From positions 1,364,001-1,428,000 of the forward strand of contig CAKKNE010000003.1 in NCBI GenBank assembly GCA_918797485.1: DNA of 64,000 bases, in the 5' to 3' direction. Of the stretch, positions 30,429 through 41,708 are shown one piece after another. This DNA is from Pelagomonas calceolata. Taxonomy: Eukaryota. The first letter of the stretch is position 1, and every line of letters starts with the position of its first letter. The notes under the pieces are model-generated. The model searched no databases. It was given only the letters and a program-made list of their open reading frames with translations, and was not told where the DNA came from. Both the position numbers and the translations under genes were made by a program.

Positions 30429-32579
30429 ATGCCGCGCGCCATGTCGCGGCACCTCTGGTGCGTCCTACTCGCCGCCGCAGCGCACGCATTTCCCACCAAC
30501 GACGCGGAACGCACCGCATTCGCCTACCTCATCAATGGCACGGAGCCCGCAGACGGCCTGCTCGAGGTCGACGCCGCGGCTGCGGCCAGCGCGCACGTCG
30601 GAATGCTCGCAAACAGCGGTCGCATCGCGCCGAACGACGCCGCGCTGTGCGCGGACCGCGCGCGCCGGGCGGGCCTGCCCCACGCCGCCGCGGCGCTCTT
30701 CAACAACGTGGCGCTGCTGTGCGGCGAGATCTACGGCGGCGACGCGTCCTGCGACCGCGGGGAGATGTACGAGCGGGCGCACGACGCGGCGCCGGGCCTC
30801 GCCGGCGTGACGCTGAATTACGCCTACTTCCTGGAGCAACGCGACGACCCGCTCGGCGCGGCCCGCGTGCTGCGGCGGGGCGCCGAGGCATCAGAAGCGG
30901 ACGGCGACGCCTACGGCGCGGCGGGCATTCGGGTCATGGCCGCGTCGCTCTGCCAGCCGCACGTGCGGCGGGCCCAGGACGCGCCGGCGCGCTACGCGCG
31001 ATTATTAAGGAGGCTCGAGGACCTCGCCGTCGACCTGGAGCAGCAAGACATACAGGGGGACGCGCGAAGCCTAGTGGGCAACATGCCCATCGCCTGGCCC
31101 TATCTGGGCTACGCATTCTATCCCCTCGCGAAGAGGCTAGGGAGATTGTACGCCGCGGCCGGCGTGCAGCCGGCCGGCGTCGCGCCGTACTGTGCAAAGG
31201 AGCCGCGGACGAAGCCGCGCGTCGCGGTCGTTGCTGAATTCGGCGGCAACACGTCGCCCGGCTTGCTCTTCGTCAACGTCTTCAGGGGCCTGCGGGAGAA
31301 ATATTCAGATCGCCTGGAGCTGGGCATCGTCGTGCCGGAGGGCCTGGACACGGACTTCACCGCTTCTGCCATAGACGCCGCGGCTTTTGTGGTCTACATC
31401 CCGTCCGACGACATGGTCGAGGCGGCCAACGTCATCGAGCAGGCCCGGCCCGACGTTTTGGTGTATCTCGCGCTCGGTTTGGCCCACCAGACCTACGCGC
31501 TGGCGCGGCGGCGCCTGGCTCGCGTCGTTCTGGTCTTCGGCCACGGCCACCCGCTGACCTCTGGTTTGGATACGGTGGACTACTTCGTCTCGTCAGAGTC
31601 GTACGAGCGGGACCCGACGTGGCCGAACCGCGGCGCTTCCAGTAGACACGCCATTAATGCGGAGGCGGCCGTATTTTTCGACGATGATTCTATGGTGCTC
31701 GGCGCCTCGAGTGACGCCGACGACGCGGCTAGAAAAGCGGCGGGCTTAGCACCTGATTATGGCGCAACGGGCGCTACCCTAAGGCTCGACGCCGCGGCGC
31801 CGCGCGGCGACGGCGCCCAGAAATATGAAGAGCAACTCGTGTTGTTCGAGCACTCGTCCATTGGCTTCGACGAGCCGCCAGCACCGCCCTATTCAACACG
31901 TGCTGACCTCGATCTGCCAGAAAACGCCCCGGTCTTCTGCGTGCTGCAGCACTCGAAGAAGCTGCATCCCGACTTTGATGCGGCCCTCGCATCGGTACTA
32001 GAAAAGGCCCCCGAGGCGTTCATCTTGTTGTTGGAGGGCGCGCGGACGCATGTGCCGCGCTTCAATCAATCACTAGGCGAGGACGCGCTCGAGCAGTTGA
32101 TCTTCCTGCCGCGCATGAGCCGCGAGCGAGTCTTGCAGGTCGTATCCCAATGCGACGCGTTTCTGGACACGTACCCCTGGGGCGGAGGGGTCACGGTGCT
32201 CGAGTCCCTAGCGATGTGCACGCCCGTCGTCGTCCTGCCGCGGAAGACGACGATCCTCCAGCTCGGCCTGGGTCATTTAAGAACGATCGGGCTGGAGCGG
32301 GACCTCGCGGCGCGCGACGTCGACCAGTTTGGCGCTATTGCGGCGCGGCTCGGCACGGACAACTACTTCCGGCAGCACATGCGCCAGACGATTTGTACGC
32401 GGAAGAAGCTGCTTTTTATGAGCAATGAGAGCGTCGACGAGTGGGCGCGGTTCCTGATCCACGTGGCGCACGACAAGGCCGCGGTCGACCTGAAGCCGGA
32501 GACGTGGCCCTGGGAGAAGTCGCGCGAGCTGCACCGCGAGCAGGCGGCGCGGGACTACGAGAGGGGGTGGGCGTTCTGA
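30429..32579 (+). CDS. TPR + GT41 (OGT/SPINDLY-like) glycosyltransferase with signal peptide
   Basis: GHGHPLTSGLDTVDYFVS, QHSKKLHPDFD, DAFLDTYPWGGGVTVLESLA..PVV. Confidence 0.85.
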   Translation: MPRAMSRHLWCVLLAAAAHAFPTNDAERTAFAYLINGTEPADGLLEVDAAAAASAHVGMLANSGRIAPNDAALCADRARRAGLPHAAAALFNNVALLCGEIYGGDASCDRGEMYERAHDAAPGLAGVTLNYAYFLEQRDDPLGAARVLRRGAEASEADGDAYGAAGIRVMAASLCQPHVRRAQDAPARYARLLRRLEDLAVDLEQQDIQGDARSLVGNMPIAWPYLGYAFYPLAKRLGRLYAAAGVQPAGVAPYCAKEPRTKPRVAVVAEFGGNTSPGLLFVNVFRGLREKYSDRLELGIVVPEGLDTDFTASAIDAAAFVVYIPSDDMVEAANVIEQARPDVLVYLALGLAHQTYALARRRLARVVLVFGHGHPLTSGLDTVDYFVSSESYERDPTWPNRGASSRHAINAEAAVFFDDDSMVLGASSDADDAARKAAGLAPDYGATGATLRLDAAAPRGDGAQKYEEQLVLFEHSSIGFDEPPAPPYSTRADLDLPENAPVFCVLQHSKKLHPDFDAALASVLEKAPEAFILLLEGARTHVPRFNQSLGEDALEQLIFLPRMSRERVLQVVSQCDAFLDTYPWGGGVTVLESLAMCTPVVVLPRKTTILQLGLGHLRTIGLERDLAARDVDQFGAIAARLGTDNYFRQHMRQTICTRKKLLFMSNESVDEWARFLIHVAHDKAAVDLKPETWPWEKSRELHREQAARDYERGWAF

Positions 32580-32903
32580 TCTTTTTTTTGTGGCGGTAAC
32601 TATCTTTGTGCTTCTCTCCTCCTTCCTACTGACCTACGCAACCGCAGGAACCTAGTCTCCTGGAGCGACGTACGCGCGGGCGCGGCACGCGCATATAAAG
32701 AACGTCCCCAATTTTCGCGCTATGCAGTTCCACCAGATCGCGGCAATTCGCGACACGAGGATGCAAGGTTAAGAGCCGGGCGATATACTTCCGCACACTG
32801 CGTGCGGCAAGTCGCATTGAGGGCGCGACGCATAAGTATACGTTATTATATTAAGTCCTTGGCGTCTTCGCGGTCAAGACTAAGACTACTGGAAATAACA
32901 TTA

Positions 32904-35429
32904 CTACAGGATGTGCTCATCATCCTTCCCGTACAAGAATCCAACACGCCCGATGTTTTTCTTCGACCGCCGCTTCGGCCAACAAGCGAAGATGAGTGAA
33001 ATCACCAGCCACCCCGCGAAGATCTGCTGCATCTGTAAGGCGCCGTAACTTTCACCGATGTCCTCACCGATCAACTGGAACACGCGGACTTGTCCAGTCA
33101 ACGCGACTATCAGCAATAGTAGACATATCGACGACGAGCACCGGCAGCAACACCGCAGGACGATCGTCAGTAATGCCAGAGCGGCAGAAACTCCCATGAA
33201 CGCAACATACGTCGCCTCGGTGGCAGCGTCCGCGGCCCGCGCAACCCTTCGTAGCCGCGCCCGACGCGCGTCGGCGCGGTCTGAGAGCTCGGTCGACGGC
33301 CGCCCAGGACACGCTCGGTTATCTAACTGAGGCGGCTCCTTCGTCGACACAGCCGGCGCCTCCACAAATAGTCGCTCCCAGGCCGGTCTGTTCCAAGCTC
33401 TCTCCGCCTCCGCACATTTCGCCTCGAAGGTCTGGACGGCGCGCCCGTGGCCTGCGCGCGCGACCGGTGAGCACCGCCACGCCATCGAGCGTCGATCTCA
33501 TCATGGGCGGGTCGCGGAGATGGCGTCGAGCAGAAGGCACCGTAGGGACGCCGCGCCCCGCAGTCATTCGATTCGGAGCTCCCGCGCGATAAGCGTAAAC
33601 GCGCCCACTCGCGGATCGCAGCTTTAGTCTCATCAGTCAACGCCGCGATATGTGATCTCGTGAACGACGCGTCGTCGCCCTCCGCGGCCTCAATAACAGC
33701 GGCCTCAGCCTCAACAGCCGCGCCGTCGGCGGCGCGCTCCGCCGCCGCAATACACGGCTCCGGCGGGTCGCTGGCGGGAAATCCGACGCACGTGCGGTCG
33801 AATGCCGTCTTCGCCTTGAGCGTGGCATTGGCTATGAGGACCGCCTTGCCCATCTTCGAGGCCGTCATGCGGAATTGATCCACAGTTTCTTGAAGCTCGA
33901 CGCGATGGCGGTCCCGAAATCCCGATAAGACTGGCGCGCCTTCCTCCCGACTCAACCAGTCCATCGACGCTTCGAACTCACAGCCACGGACCCCATGCTG
34001 GTCCACTTTCGCCAAACGTTCGTCGTCGGGGAGCCCCTGCAAACACGATATCAGCGCCCGCTTCGCCGCGTAGAGTTCCGACGACGACAGGTCCGCCTCC
34101 GCGCGGCCGTTCTTGCCGCGCACGCTCCCAGCCACCTCGGCCACGGCCTGCTTCGCGACGGCCTTTGCGCGTTCAATGGCGGCGGCCTTCACCGCAGCAT
34201 TGCCATCTTTCTCGAACTCCGCCTGGGCCGCGATGACACCTGTGCGCACATCAACCAGTGAGTCGGGTGCTAGAGCGGCGAGAGACCCACACCGCCACGC
34301 CATTGAGCTGGCGTCGCGTCGATGGCGTGAAGGTCATGACTGAGCCGTGGACGGACACACGCCGTGATATTTGATTTCTGCACTGAACAACGCCTTCCTT
34401 CTCCGCCTCTATCAACATCGCGTCGATGGCAGACTTCTCCGCGGGCAGCATCAATCCGCCAACTATTTCCCCCACGGCTACTTGGGCCTTCTCGATCGCG
34501 ATTTCCTCCCTCGCTTCGAGCGCGACGTGTGCGGAAAACGCTTCGCTAGCTCTGGCAATCTCCGCGGCGTCGGGTTCCGCACCCGCCTTCGCGGCGACCT
34601 GGCCTGTGTGGAAATCAAATTTTACGGCGCGTTCGTGCTGAATCGTCGCGTCGACCTGCACGCCATCGACGCGACGCCTGCTCGATGGCGTGGCGCTGCG
34701 GGTCCCTCGGCGCTCGACTGAGCCCGCGCGGCCGCGTCATCACCGAGAAATGACTTCGTGAAGAAAAATCGGGTGCACCCGACACACTGCTTGATTTCCA
34801 CACAGGACCTGGCCCTTCCAGACCTCCAAGAGCGCTTTCGCTTTGTCCTTGGCGTTTTTGTCGACCGCGGCCTCCGCTTTTGTGATCATGTCGGCGATGG
34901 CCTGGGCGTTGTTCTTCTGCAGTCGCTCGGCCTCGTCCGCGAGCGTTCTCAGCAGAGACGGTGCGGTGGCGGCGGCCCGGCGCAATACGGCCGCCGCCGC
35001 CTCGTACTGGGCCTCCCGCAGCTCCGAGGCGGCCATGGCCTCGTCCGGCGCGAGGCCCTTCTCTGACAGGAAGGCCGCCACCGCGCCGCGGAAGGCTGCG
35101 GCGGCGTCCTCGCCGGACTCGACAAGCGGCTCTTTCTCAGAGGCGGGCTCGGAAGCCTCCTTCGGGGCCGCGGCGCCGCTGTCGCCCGTCGCCGCGGACG
35201 GCACGACCTTATTTTGGTCTTTTGCTTCCAAAGCGCCCAGCGCTGCGGCGGAGGCGTCCGCCTGCTGCGCCCAGTCCTTCGGGTTATTGTGGCGCGGGTT
35301 CATCCGCGGCGGCGGCGCGGCCGCGGACTGGCCCTGCACCGCCGCGGCCTCGCCGTCCATCGAGACCGCGTCGACGTCGACGGCCGTGGCCGCGGCGGCT
35401 GCCAGCACGAGCACCAATGGCCTCATCAT
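32904..35429 (-). CDS. Uncharacterised helical protein with signal peptide and C-terminal TM helices, 4 exons (introns ~33452-33540, 34240-34393, 34604-34813)
   Basis: Four ORF pieces join in frame: WKG-QVAAK, EKEG-VIAAQ, PYG-HGRAVQ. Two donors are GC. Confidence 0.7.
34240..34385. mobile_element. Degenerate introner element of the same TIR family
   Basis: CTGTGCGCACATCAA...TTGATTTCTGCACTG; eroded TSD (4/8 match); internal CGTCGCGTCGATGGCGT motif; interrupts the reading frame. Confidence 0.7.
34604..34805. mobile_element. Introner element (MITE-like), 202 bp, perfect 15-bp TIR, perfect 8-bp TSD
   Basis: CTGTGTGGAAATCAA...TTGATTTCCACACAG; GACCTGGC at 34596-34603 and 34806-34813; close internal similarity to 59482-59652. 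Confidence 0.92.
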
Positions 35430-35810
35430 GACCCAGCACTGAAGCGTGGGCTTTTCCGCGCTGGGGTTTCGCGACAATTACGATACGTGGGTTCAAAATC
35501 ACAGCTGTGCGCGTGCAGCACTGTCACGGCAGGCGGATGGCTCGAGCGACCCGGCAATATTAGCTAGCGGTCAGTAAGACACTAGGAAGTAGCAAAACTG
35601 TGAGCTATTTCAAGCCTATTTGTCGTCTCGCGGCTTAAAAGTGCTAGAAAATATACGTTGACGAACGAGGCAAGCAGGTCTGCGCACTCCTGCTTCCGCC
35701 GTGAACCGGAGAGCTTCATCAAGGGCCCAGCCAGGTTTGCGGCTGCCACACGCGTGCGCGAGCGCACGCCTTCGACGCGGCTCCTAAAGGCTGGTGTTCC
35801 GCACTGTTGC

Positions 35811-36698
35811 ATGAAACGCCTCCTCCTGCTCGCGATGGCCTCGTTCGCGACACCCGACGACGAACCGCATACGCCGGACGGGACTGAGGCGTGGACCCAG
35901 CCCCGCGAACTCCGCGGCAGACCACCTCTCCGCATCATCACCTGGAACGTGTGGTTCGACCACCGGCGACAGAAGGAGCGCCTCAAATTACTTCTCGCCC
36001 TGCTCGCGAAGGAGAACGCAGACTGCATCGGCCTTCAGGAAGTAACGACGGAGGTAGCAGCGAGAATACGGCAGCACGCCGGCGTCACGGCGAGGTACGA
36101 CATCTCGGAGAACGACATTAGCGCGTATGGGTGCCTGCTACTCGTCAGAAGGGAGCTGAACCCAGCTTTTGCGGAACTGCAGCTCCCAACCACCATGGGC
36201 CGCTCGCTCGTCGCGGCGGAGCTCGATACGTACGGCCACGCGGGAACGCGGCGCCGCGTCGTCGGCACAGTCCATTTAGAATCGCTCGATACGGAACGGA
36301 CGCGCGCGGCCCAGCTGCGGCAGATCAGCGCCGTCGAGGGCCTCGATGTCCTGTGTGGGGACTTTAACTTCGACGAAGTCTCTACGTGGGGCGAGTGGCG
36401 CCAGCCAGAACGAAAACGGCCTGCGTCAGCGCTGGAGAACAACGTGCTCGCGCGGGCGCTGCCCGACTTCGTGGACGCCTGGGCGGCCGTGTTTCCAAAC
36501 AACCGCGGCTTCACGTTCGACGGCGAGCTGAACCCGTGGGTCCGCGACCGCGGCGAGCGGATGCGTTACGACCGCGTTATGGTTCGACGAAGCCTCGGGC
36601 GACCCGTCGCCGCGGAGCGCCTCGGGACGACGCCCGCCGGGGACGGGCTGTTCGCGTCGGACCACTTCGGCCTGCGCGTCGACGTCGTGATGTTGTAA
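35811..36698 (+). CDS. EEP endonuclease/exonuclease/phosphatase, TDP2-like
   Basis: ITWNVWF, GLQEVT, TVHLESL, GDFN, FTFD, RYDRV, SDHFG. Confidence 0.88.
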   Translation: MKRLLLLAMASFATPDDEPHTPDGTEAWTQPRELRGRPPLRIITWNVWFDHRRQKERLKLLLALLAKENADCIGLQEVTTEVAARIRQHAGVTARYDISENDISAYGCLLLVRRELNPAFAELQLPTTMGRSLVAAELDTYGHAGTRRRVVGTVHLESLDTERTRAAQLRQISAVEGLDVLCGDFNFDEVSTWGEWRQPERKRPASALENNVLARALPDFVDAWAAVFPNNRGFTFDGELNPWVRDRGERMRYDRVMVRRSLGRPVAAERLGTTPAGDGLFASDHFGLRVDVVML

Positions 36699-37011
36699 GA
36701 GTCGTGTTTTTGTTAATACGTTGCCCTGTTGTAAACGGTGCTAGGACAAGTGGGCGGAGCCCCTAGGGCGGGGGACACCGCACGCCCCGATTCATCCTGT
36801 CGCGAGCCGTTTTTTTTCTAGTGTGTTAGCACATCTAGCTCTTTATTGAAGGTTGCTCCAAGTGGAGGGTGGCTCAGGCTGCGCTGTGAGACACCACGAG
36901 GCCGGCGCGAGTTTTTAACACGTTGTCTCATTGCGTGCTAACACCCACCGCAGCCCACGGTGCGTTGCGTGCCAGCAATCGCCCGTCGCTGGCAAGTTGC
37001 TGCAGAGCACG

Positions 37012-38649
37012 ATGAGAGCGCGATATGCGGCGAGCGCTGTTGCGGCGCTAGTCAGCCTAGCAAGCGCCTCCCAGCCGCCCGGCGGCGGTTGGGGCTACAA
37101 CAACTACCCGCCGCCCCAACAAGAGCAGCCGCCGCAGCAATGGGGCGGCTACCAGCAGTACGGCGAACAACCGCAGTACGGCTCCGAGGCGGTGGAGCCC
37201 GCCACCGCTGACGACGACGCCGACGCCGACGCCGAGGCGGTCGAGGCCGACGTCGTTGCGGAGCCGGCCAACGAGACTGCTGTCGAGGCCGCCGACGCGG
37301 ACGACGAGGCGCCGAGCACCGAGCCGGAAGTCGAGGTCGCCGAGTACGCGTACGACGACGGCCGCGGCACGTCGGCGTACTACGGCGAGGTGCGGGCCGA
37401 GTACCAGGCGCCCTCTCCTTCGGAGCCCGAGAGCGAGCCCGAGGCGCCTACAGGTGGCGAGGCTGTGCCTCCGGCCGGCGAAAGTTCTGGCGAGGCGCCG
37501 CCGCCGCCTCCACCACAATGGGGCGCCCCGCCACCGCCCGGTCCGCCCGGCTTTGGTGCGCCGCCGCCGGGCGGACCGCCTCCGGGCTTTGGGGCGCCGC
37601 CGGGCGCCCCGCCGCCGCCACCGCCGCCTGCGTGGGGCGAGCACGGTGGCGCGCCGCCGCCGGGTTCGAGTGGACCCCCTCCGGGCCCTCCTGGCGGCGC
37701 GCCGCCACCGTGGGGCGCACCTCCGGGCGCGCCGCCGCCTCAGCAGCCGCCGTGGGGCGCGCCTCCGCAAGAGCAACCGCCGTGGGGCGCGGCCCCGGGC
37801 CCGGCCTCCTCAGACCTGCCGCCGTGGGCGAGCGGCGCGCCGCAGCAGGAGCAGCCGCGCGGGCCCGGCCTGATGGGTCGTATCTTTCGGGGGAACCGAA
37901 ACAACCAGAACCAGAACCAGGGCTTCGGCCAGGACCCCTACGGCGCGCCGCCGGGCGCGGCCGCGCCGCCGTGGGGCGCGCCGCCTGGTCAAGGACCGCC
38001 GGGCGCGCCTCCGGGACGACAAGGACCGCCCGGTGGGCCGCCTGGCGCGCCGCCGGGCCGACCGGGAGAGATCGTGCCCTGGGGCCAAGGGCAGGGTGGA
38101 CCGCCGCGGGGTCCTCAGGGAGGCAACGACGTGTCGGGCATCTACTACCAGCAGCAGATGCTCGTGACGCGGCGCGGGAACGGCGGCGGTGGCCTCGGCG
38201 CGACGGTCGCGTCGGCGGGCATAGGCGCCGCCACTGGTGTGGGAGGTCTGCTCTCCAAAGTGAAGGGCGCGATGGCAAGGCCGCAACAGGCCGAGGCGTG
38301 GCCGGGCCAGCAGAGCGGCTACCCGCCGCAGCAGGGCGGTTATCCTGGCGCGCCTGGTGGTGGTCCTCCGGGCTTTGGCGCGCCGCCGCCTCCGGGCGGC
38401 CCTCCTCCTCCGGGCTTCGGTGGGGCGCCTCCGCCGCCGCCAGGCGGTCCTGGCGGTCCTCCGCCTGGATTTGGGGCGCCTCCGCCGCCGGGCGGGCCGC
38501 CGCCAGGTTTTGGCCCGCCTCCTGGCCGCGGCGGGCCGCCGCCACCGCCTGGTCCGCCCGGGCGCGGGCCGCCGCCGCCGCCACAGGGTGGCCCGCCGCC
38601 ACCGGGTGGACCGCCGCCGGGCTATCCGCCGCAGGGCTACGGCCGCTAG
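37012..38649 (+). CDS. Pro/Gly-rich low-complexity protein with signal peptide
   Basis: Hydrophobic leader, acidic segment, then repeated PPWGAPP/PPGFGAPP units. Confidence 0.65.
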   Translation: MRARYAASAVAALVSLASASQPPGGGWGYNNYPPPQQEQPPQQWGGYQQYGEQPQYGSEAVEPATADDDADADAEAVEADVVAEPANETAVEAADADDEAPSTEPEVEVAEYAYDDGRGTSAYYGEVRAEYQAPSPSEPESEPEAPTGGEAVPPAGESSGEAPPPPPPQWGAPPPPGPPGFGAPPPGGPPPGFGAPPGAPPPPPPPAWGEHGGAPPPGSSGPPPGPPGGAPPPWGAPPGAPPPQQPPWGAPPQEQPPWGAAPGPASSDLPPWASGAPQQEQPRGPGLMGRIFRGNRNNQNQNQGFGQDPYGAPPGAAAPPWGAPPGQGPPGAPPGRQGPPGGPPGAPPGRPGEIVPWGQGQGGPPRGPQGGNDVSGIYYQQQMLVTRRGNGGGGLGATVASAGIGAATGVGGLLSKVKGAMARPQQAEAWPGQQSGYPPQQGGYPGAPGGGPPGFGAPPPPGGPPPPGFGGAPPPPPGGPGGPPPGFGAPPPPGGPPPGFGPPPGRGGPPPPPGPPGRGPPPPPQGGPPPPGGPPPGYPPQGYGR

Positions 38650-38721
38650 GTGCCCGTCTAAGTATCGACTACAAGACGCTAAATTACGCCCGGCTCCTAA
38701 CTAGAACAGGCCCGACCACAA

Positions 38722-39087
38722 CTACGCGTAGTTGAATCGGAAGATGACGTTGTGCAGGTAGTACTGGCCCGGTGCCGACGCGACGAGCTGGAACACCTCG
38801 GAGTATTTGAGCGGCTTGCCCTGCTCCACGAGGATGTTTCCCGTGCAAAAGACGAGGATGGCGTTCGGGTTCGTCGACGGCTGCGTCTCGATGGTCTGGG
38901 GCTGGTGCTGCACCGGCGGCAAGGTCCGTAGTTTTTCCATGATGGCCGGCGCGCCCGCCTTCGGGCCGTCGCCTTCAAAGGTGAACTGGGACTCATTTCG
39001 GAATAATGCTGCGAGGCCTTCTCTATTGGTATCGAAGAGATTGTAGTAGTGCGGGATGAATGCTTTTGCTACGTCGTCGGCGGACAT
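38722..39087 (-). CDS. NTF2: Nuclear transport factor 2
   Basis: VAKAFIPHYYNLFD.NR..L..L..S.FTFEG..I.EKL..LP..SEVFQL..YYLHN.IFRFNY. Confidence 0.93.
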   Translation of the reverse strand: MSADDVAKAFIPHYYNLFDTNREGLAALFRNESQFTFEGDGPKAGAPAIMEKLRTLPPVQHQPQTIETQPSTNPNAILVFCTGNILVEQGKPLKYSEVFQLVASAPGQYYLHNVIFRFNYA

Positions 39088-39600
39088 GGTGCTGGTATCA
39101 CCTGGGCTCAAATGCCGCTGCTGATTTCAAAGGTGGCCAGACACAGCTGGTTTCAAACTCGTCGTAGGCGGCGCGGAAGAAGCCGCGACTGCACAGCACT
39201 CAAGATGCTGCTGGAAACGGTCCACAGCTGCAGCTGCGGCGCCGGATATTGTCTCGGCGGCCCTAAAAACGCAGATAAAGGCGGCGCGGCGCGATCAAAA
39301 CCCGAATTGCGCACAAAAACAGGCATGCTTCCTTCGAAAACAAACGTCTTCTAACGACGTATGCTATCCGTAGCATCGAGCAAGGGGCTGCGCCGCGTGC
39401 GGGTCGCTAGCGCTGTAAGACACTAGAGCAAGCAAAAAAATCTCTGCGGCCGAGGGACCGGTGCCCCAGGACGCAGCACACGTCCAAAGAGCTCGCTGCA
39501 CAACTCGCCTGACAGCGCCTCGACGCCGTCGACGCAGCGCCGCCGCCGCCAAGCCACAAATCAGCCGGCTCTCCAGCAGCCGAAGCAGACCCAAGACAAG

Positions 39601-40932
39601 ATGAGCAACAACTTCACGGAACAAGGCATAGCGGTGGTCAAGGAGGCCATCCAGGCCGACAACGAGCAGGACTATGCGAAAGCTTTAATGTTGTACAAGC
39701 GCGGCATCGAAGTTTTACTCACTGGTGTCAAATACGAAAAAAATGACACCGCAAAAAACATGATTTTGAAGCGCGTCGAGGGCTACATGAAGCGCGCGGA
39801 GGACCTGAAGGAGGTCGTGAACCAGCAGCGCCAAGGACCGACCAAGGGCGGTACGGGTACCTTGGACAAGGGCAAGGGCGAGCCTGACAATGAGCAGTCG
39901 AAGCTCCAAGAACAACTCAGTTCGGCCATCGTTACGGACAAGCCCAACGTCAAGTGGGACGACGTCGCCGGTCTGGAAGGTGCGAAGGAGGCTCTCAAGG
40001 AAGCTGTGATTCTCCCGCGACGGTTCCCGCAGTTGTTTGTTGGCAAAAGGCGACCGTGGCGGGGGATTTTATTGTTCGGGCCCCCTGGTACCGGTAAGTC
40101 GTATTTAGCCAAGGCCGTGGCCACGGAAGCCGACGCGAAATTTTTTGCCGTTTCTTCCTCAGACCTCGTGTCGAAGTGGCAGGGCGAGTCTGAGAGATTA
40201 GTGAAGAATCTGTTCAGCATGGCGCGGCAGGAGGAGCACGCGATCATCTTCGTGGACGAGATCGACTCGCTCTGCGGGTCTAGAAGCGAGGGCGAGTCCG
40301 ACGCCACGAGAAGAATCAAGACCGAGTTCCTCGTGCAGATGCAGGGCGTCGCTTCCGCAAAAGATGGATTACTCGTATTGGGCGCCACGAATATTCCCTG
40401 GGACCTGGATCCCGCCATCAGAAGACGTTTTGAAAAAAGAATCTACATCCCTTTGCCCGAAGGTCCCGCGCGGGCGACGATGCTGAAGATCCACCTCGGG
40501 AACACTCCCAACCAACTCACCCAACCGGACTTCGATCGGCTGGGCATGCAGGCCGATGGGATGTCCGGGTCCGATCTGTCGATTGTGTGTCGCGAGGCGA
40601 TCATGGAGCCCATGCGGACGTGCCAGAAAGCTAGACAGTTCCGACCGGTTGTGGTAGATCATCAGGAGATGCTGTCGCCGTGCGAGACGTACCCGTCGTG
40701 CGCGTATTGTCCGATCGACTTGAGCGATGCGCCGGCGTCGAAGGACCCGTGCCAGTACTGCGGCGCCGTGCGCATGACCATGTACGACATGCCCGACCCC
40801 TCGCTCATGCTGCCGCCGGTCGTGTCCGTCAAGGACTTCGAGTCGAGTCTCGAGCGGATCAAAAGGACGGTGGCCGAGGAGGAGCTCACGCACTTCGAGG
40901 AGTGGGCCGAGGAGTTCGGCCAGGAGGGCTAG
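39601..40932 (+). CDS. VPS4: Vacuolar protein sorting 4 AAA ATPase
   Basis: MIT domain, [42 protein letters not shown]-terminal EFGQEG. Confidence 0.96.
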   Translation: MSNNFTEQGIAVVKEAIQADNEQDYAKALMLYKRGIEVLLTGVKYEKNDTAKNMILKRVEGYMKRAEDLKEVVNQQRQGPTKGGTGTLDKGKGEPDNEQSKLQEQLSSAIVTDKPNVKWDDVAGLEGAKEALKEAVILPRRFPQLFVGKRRPWRGILLFGPPGTGKSYLAKAVATEADAKFFAVSSSDLVSKWQGESERLVKNLFSMARQEEHAIIFVDEIDSLCGSRSEGESDATRRIKTEFLVQMQGVASAKDGLLVLGATNIPWDLDPAIRRRFEKRIYIPLPEGPARATMLKIHLGNTPNQLTQPDFDRLGMQADGMSGSDLSIVCREAIMEPMRTCQKARQFRPVVVDHQEMLSPCETYPSCAYCPIDLSDAPASKDPCQYCGAVRMTMYDMPDPSLMLPPVVSVKDFESSLERIKRTVAEEELTHFEEWAEEFGQEG

Positions 40933-40963
40933 GAGGTCGCGTTCGACAATTGTGTAATTTTCG

Positions 40964-41503
40964 TCAACTTATTGAATATGTCGCGGCGCACGCGACGGCC
41001 GCGCCCGACGCGTGCCAGAGGCCGTGCGCGAGCTGCCAGTCTTCTGGTCTGTCTAAATCTTTCATGCGCTGCGCGTAGACAAACAGGGCCGCGGGAACGA
41101 GGCCGAGCGCGAAGAGCTCGGGCGCCTCTTGGCTCAGAAGGAAAGCCAGTCGCAGGAAATTAAAGGACGCGAGGACGCGGTCGACGCCGTGCGCGGGGCT
41201 GGGCCCGCCGATGTAGACGTAGTCCGCGAGCACCGACACGAGCGCCTGAAAGACCCAGAGCGCCTGCTCGGTCGGGTCCGGCGTGCACGCCGCGGGCAGC
41301 GCGAAGAGCGCCCCCGACAGGCCCGAGACGGGCGCACGCAGCTCGTCGAGCGTCCAAGTCGGCGGCATGTTGCTCGCGGTCAGGTCGGTTGTTCGTACTC
41401 GTATCTGCTCCCGTAGTGATGTCGCGACGGTGTCCAGTTGTGGTGCTTTGAGTGCTGTCGCAGTGTGCAGCCAGCAGAGCAGGAGCAGAGTGGCTATGAG
41501 CAT
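40964..41503 (-). CDS. Small multi-pass membrane protein
   Basis: Signal-like N-terminus, several TM segments, conserved-looking S..AD, DR and H.LWH motifs. Confidence 0.6.
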   Translation of the reverse strand: MLIATLLLLCWLHTATALKAPQLDTVATSLREQIRVRTTDLTASNMPPTWTLDELRAPVSGLSGALFALPAACTPDPTEQALWVFQALVSVLADYVYIGGPSPAHGVDRVLASFNFLRLAFLLSQEAPELFALGLVPAALFVYAQRMKDLDRPEDWQLAHGLWHASGAAVACAATYSIS

Positions 41504-41634
41504 GGTTACGAGTTGTAGAAGTCCGTACGCGCGTCCAAAGTATTGTGGCTTCAGAAATGAAATTTCAGCGGTGCTAGATCATGCGCTGCTTTGCTTAATT
41601 CAGCTGTGGACGTCCGCACCGCGCGTTTGGTGGT

Positions 41635-41657
41635 GCTAGCGTCCTGTAAGACACTAG
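41635..41657 (+). promoter_or_regulatory. Representative copy of the bipartite intergenic motif GCTAGCG-N2-4-GTAAGACACTAG
   Basis: Related copies at 14522, 23963, 25190, 30353, 35563, 36818, 39406, 44269, 47817, 56648 and 62722, all intergenic and upstream of gene starts. Confidence 0.7.
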
Positions 41658-41708
41658 CAGCAAGCCAAAAAACGCTGCGTACACATTGATGCAAATCCTG
41701 GCTTAATT

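Noticed and set aside
37490..38649. GC-rich repeats as a satellite or mobile element
   Set aside because: They encode in-frame Pro/Gly low-complexity peptide.
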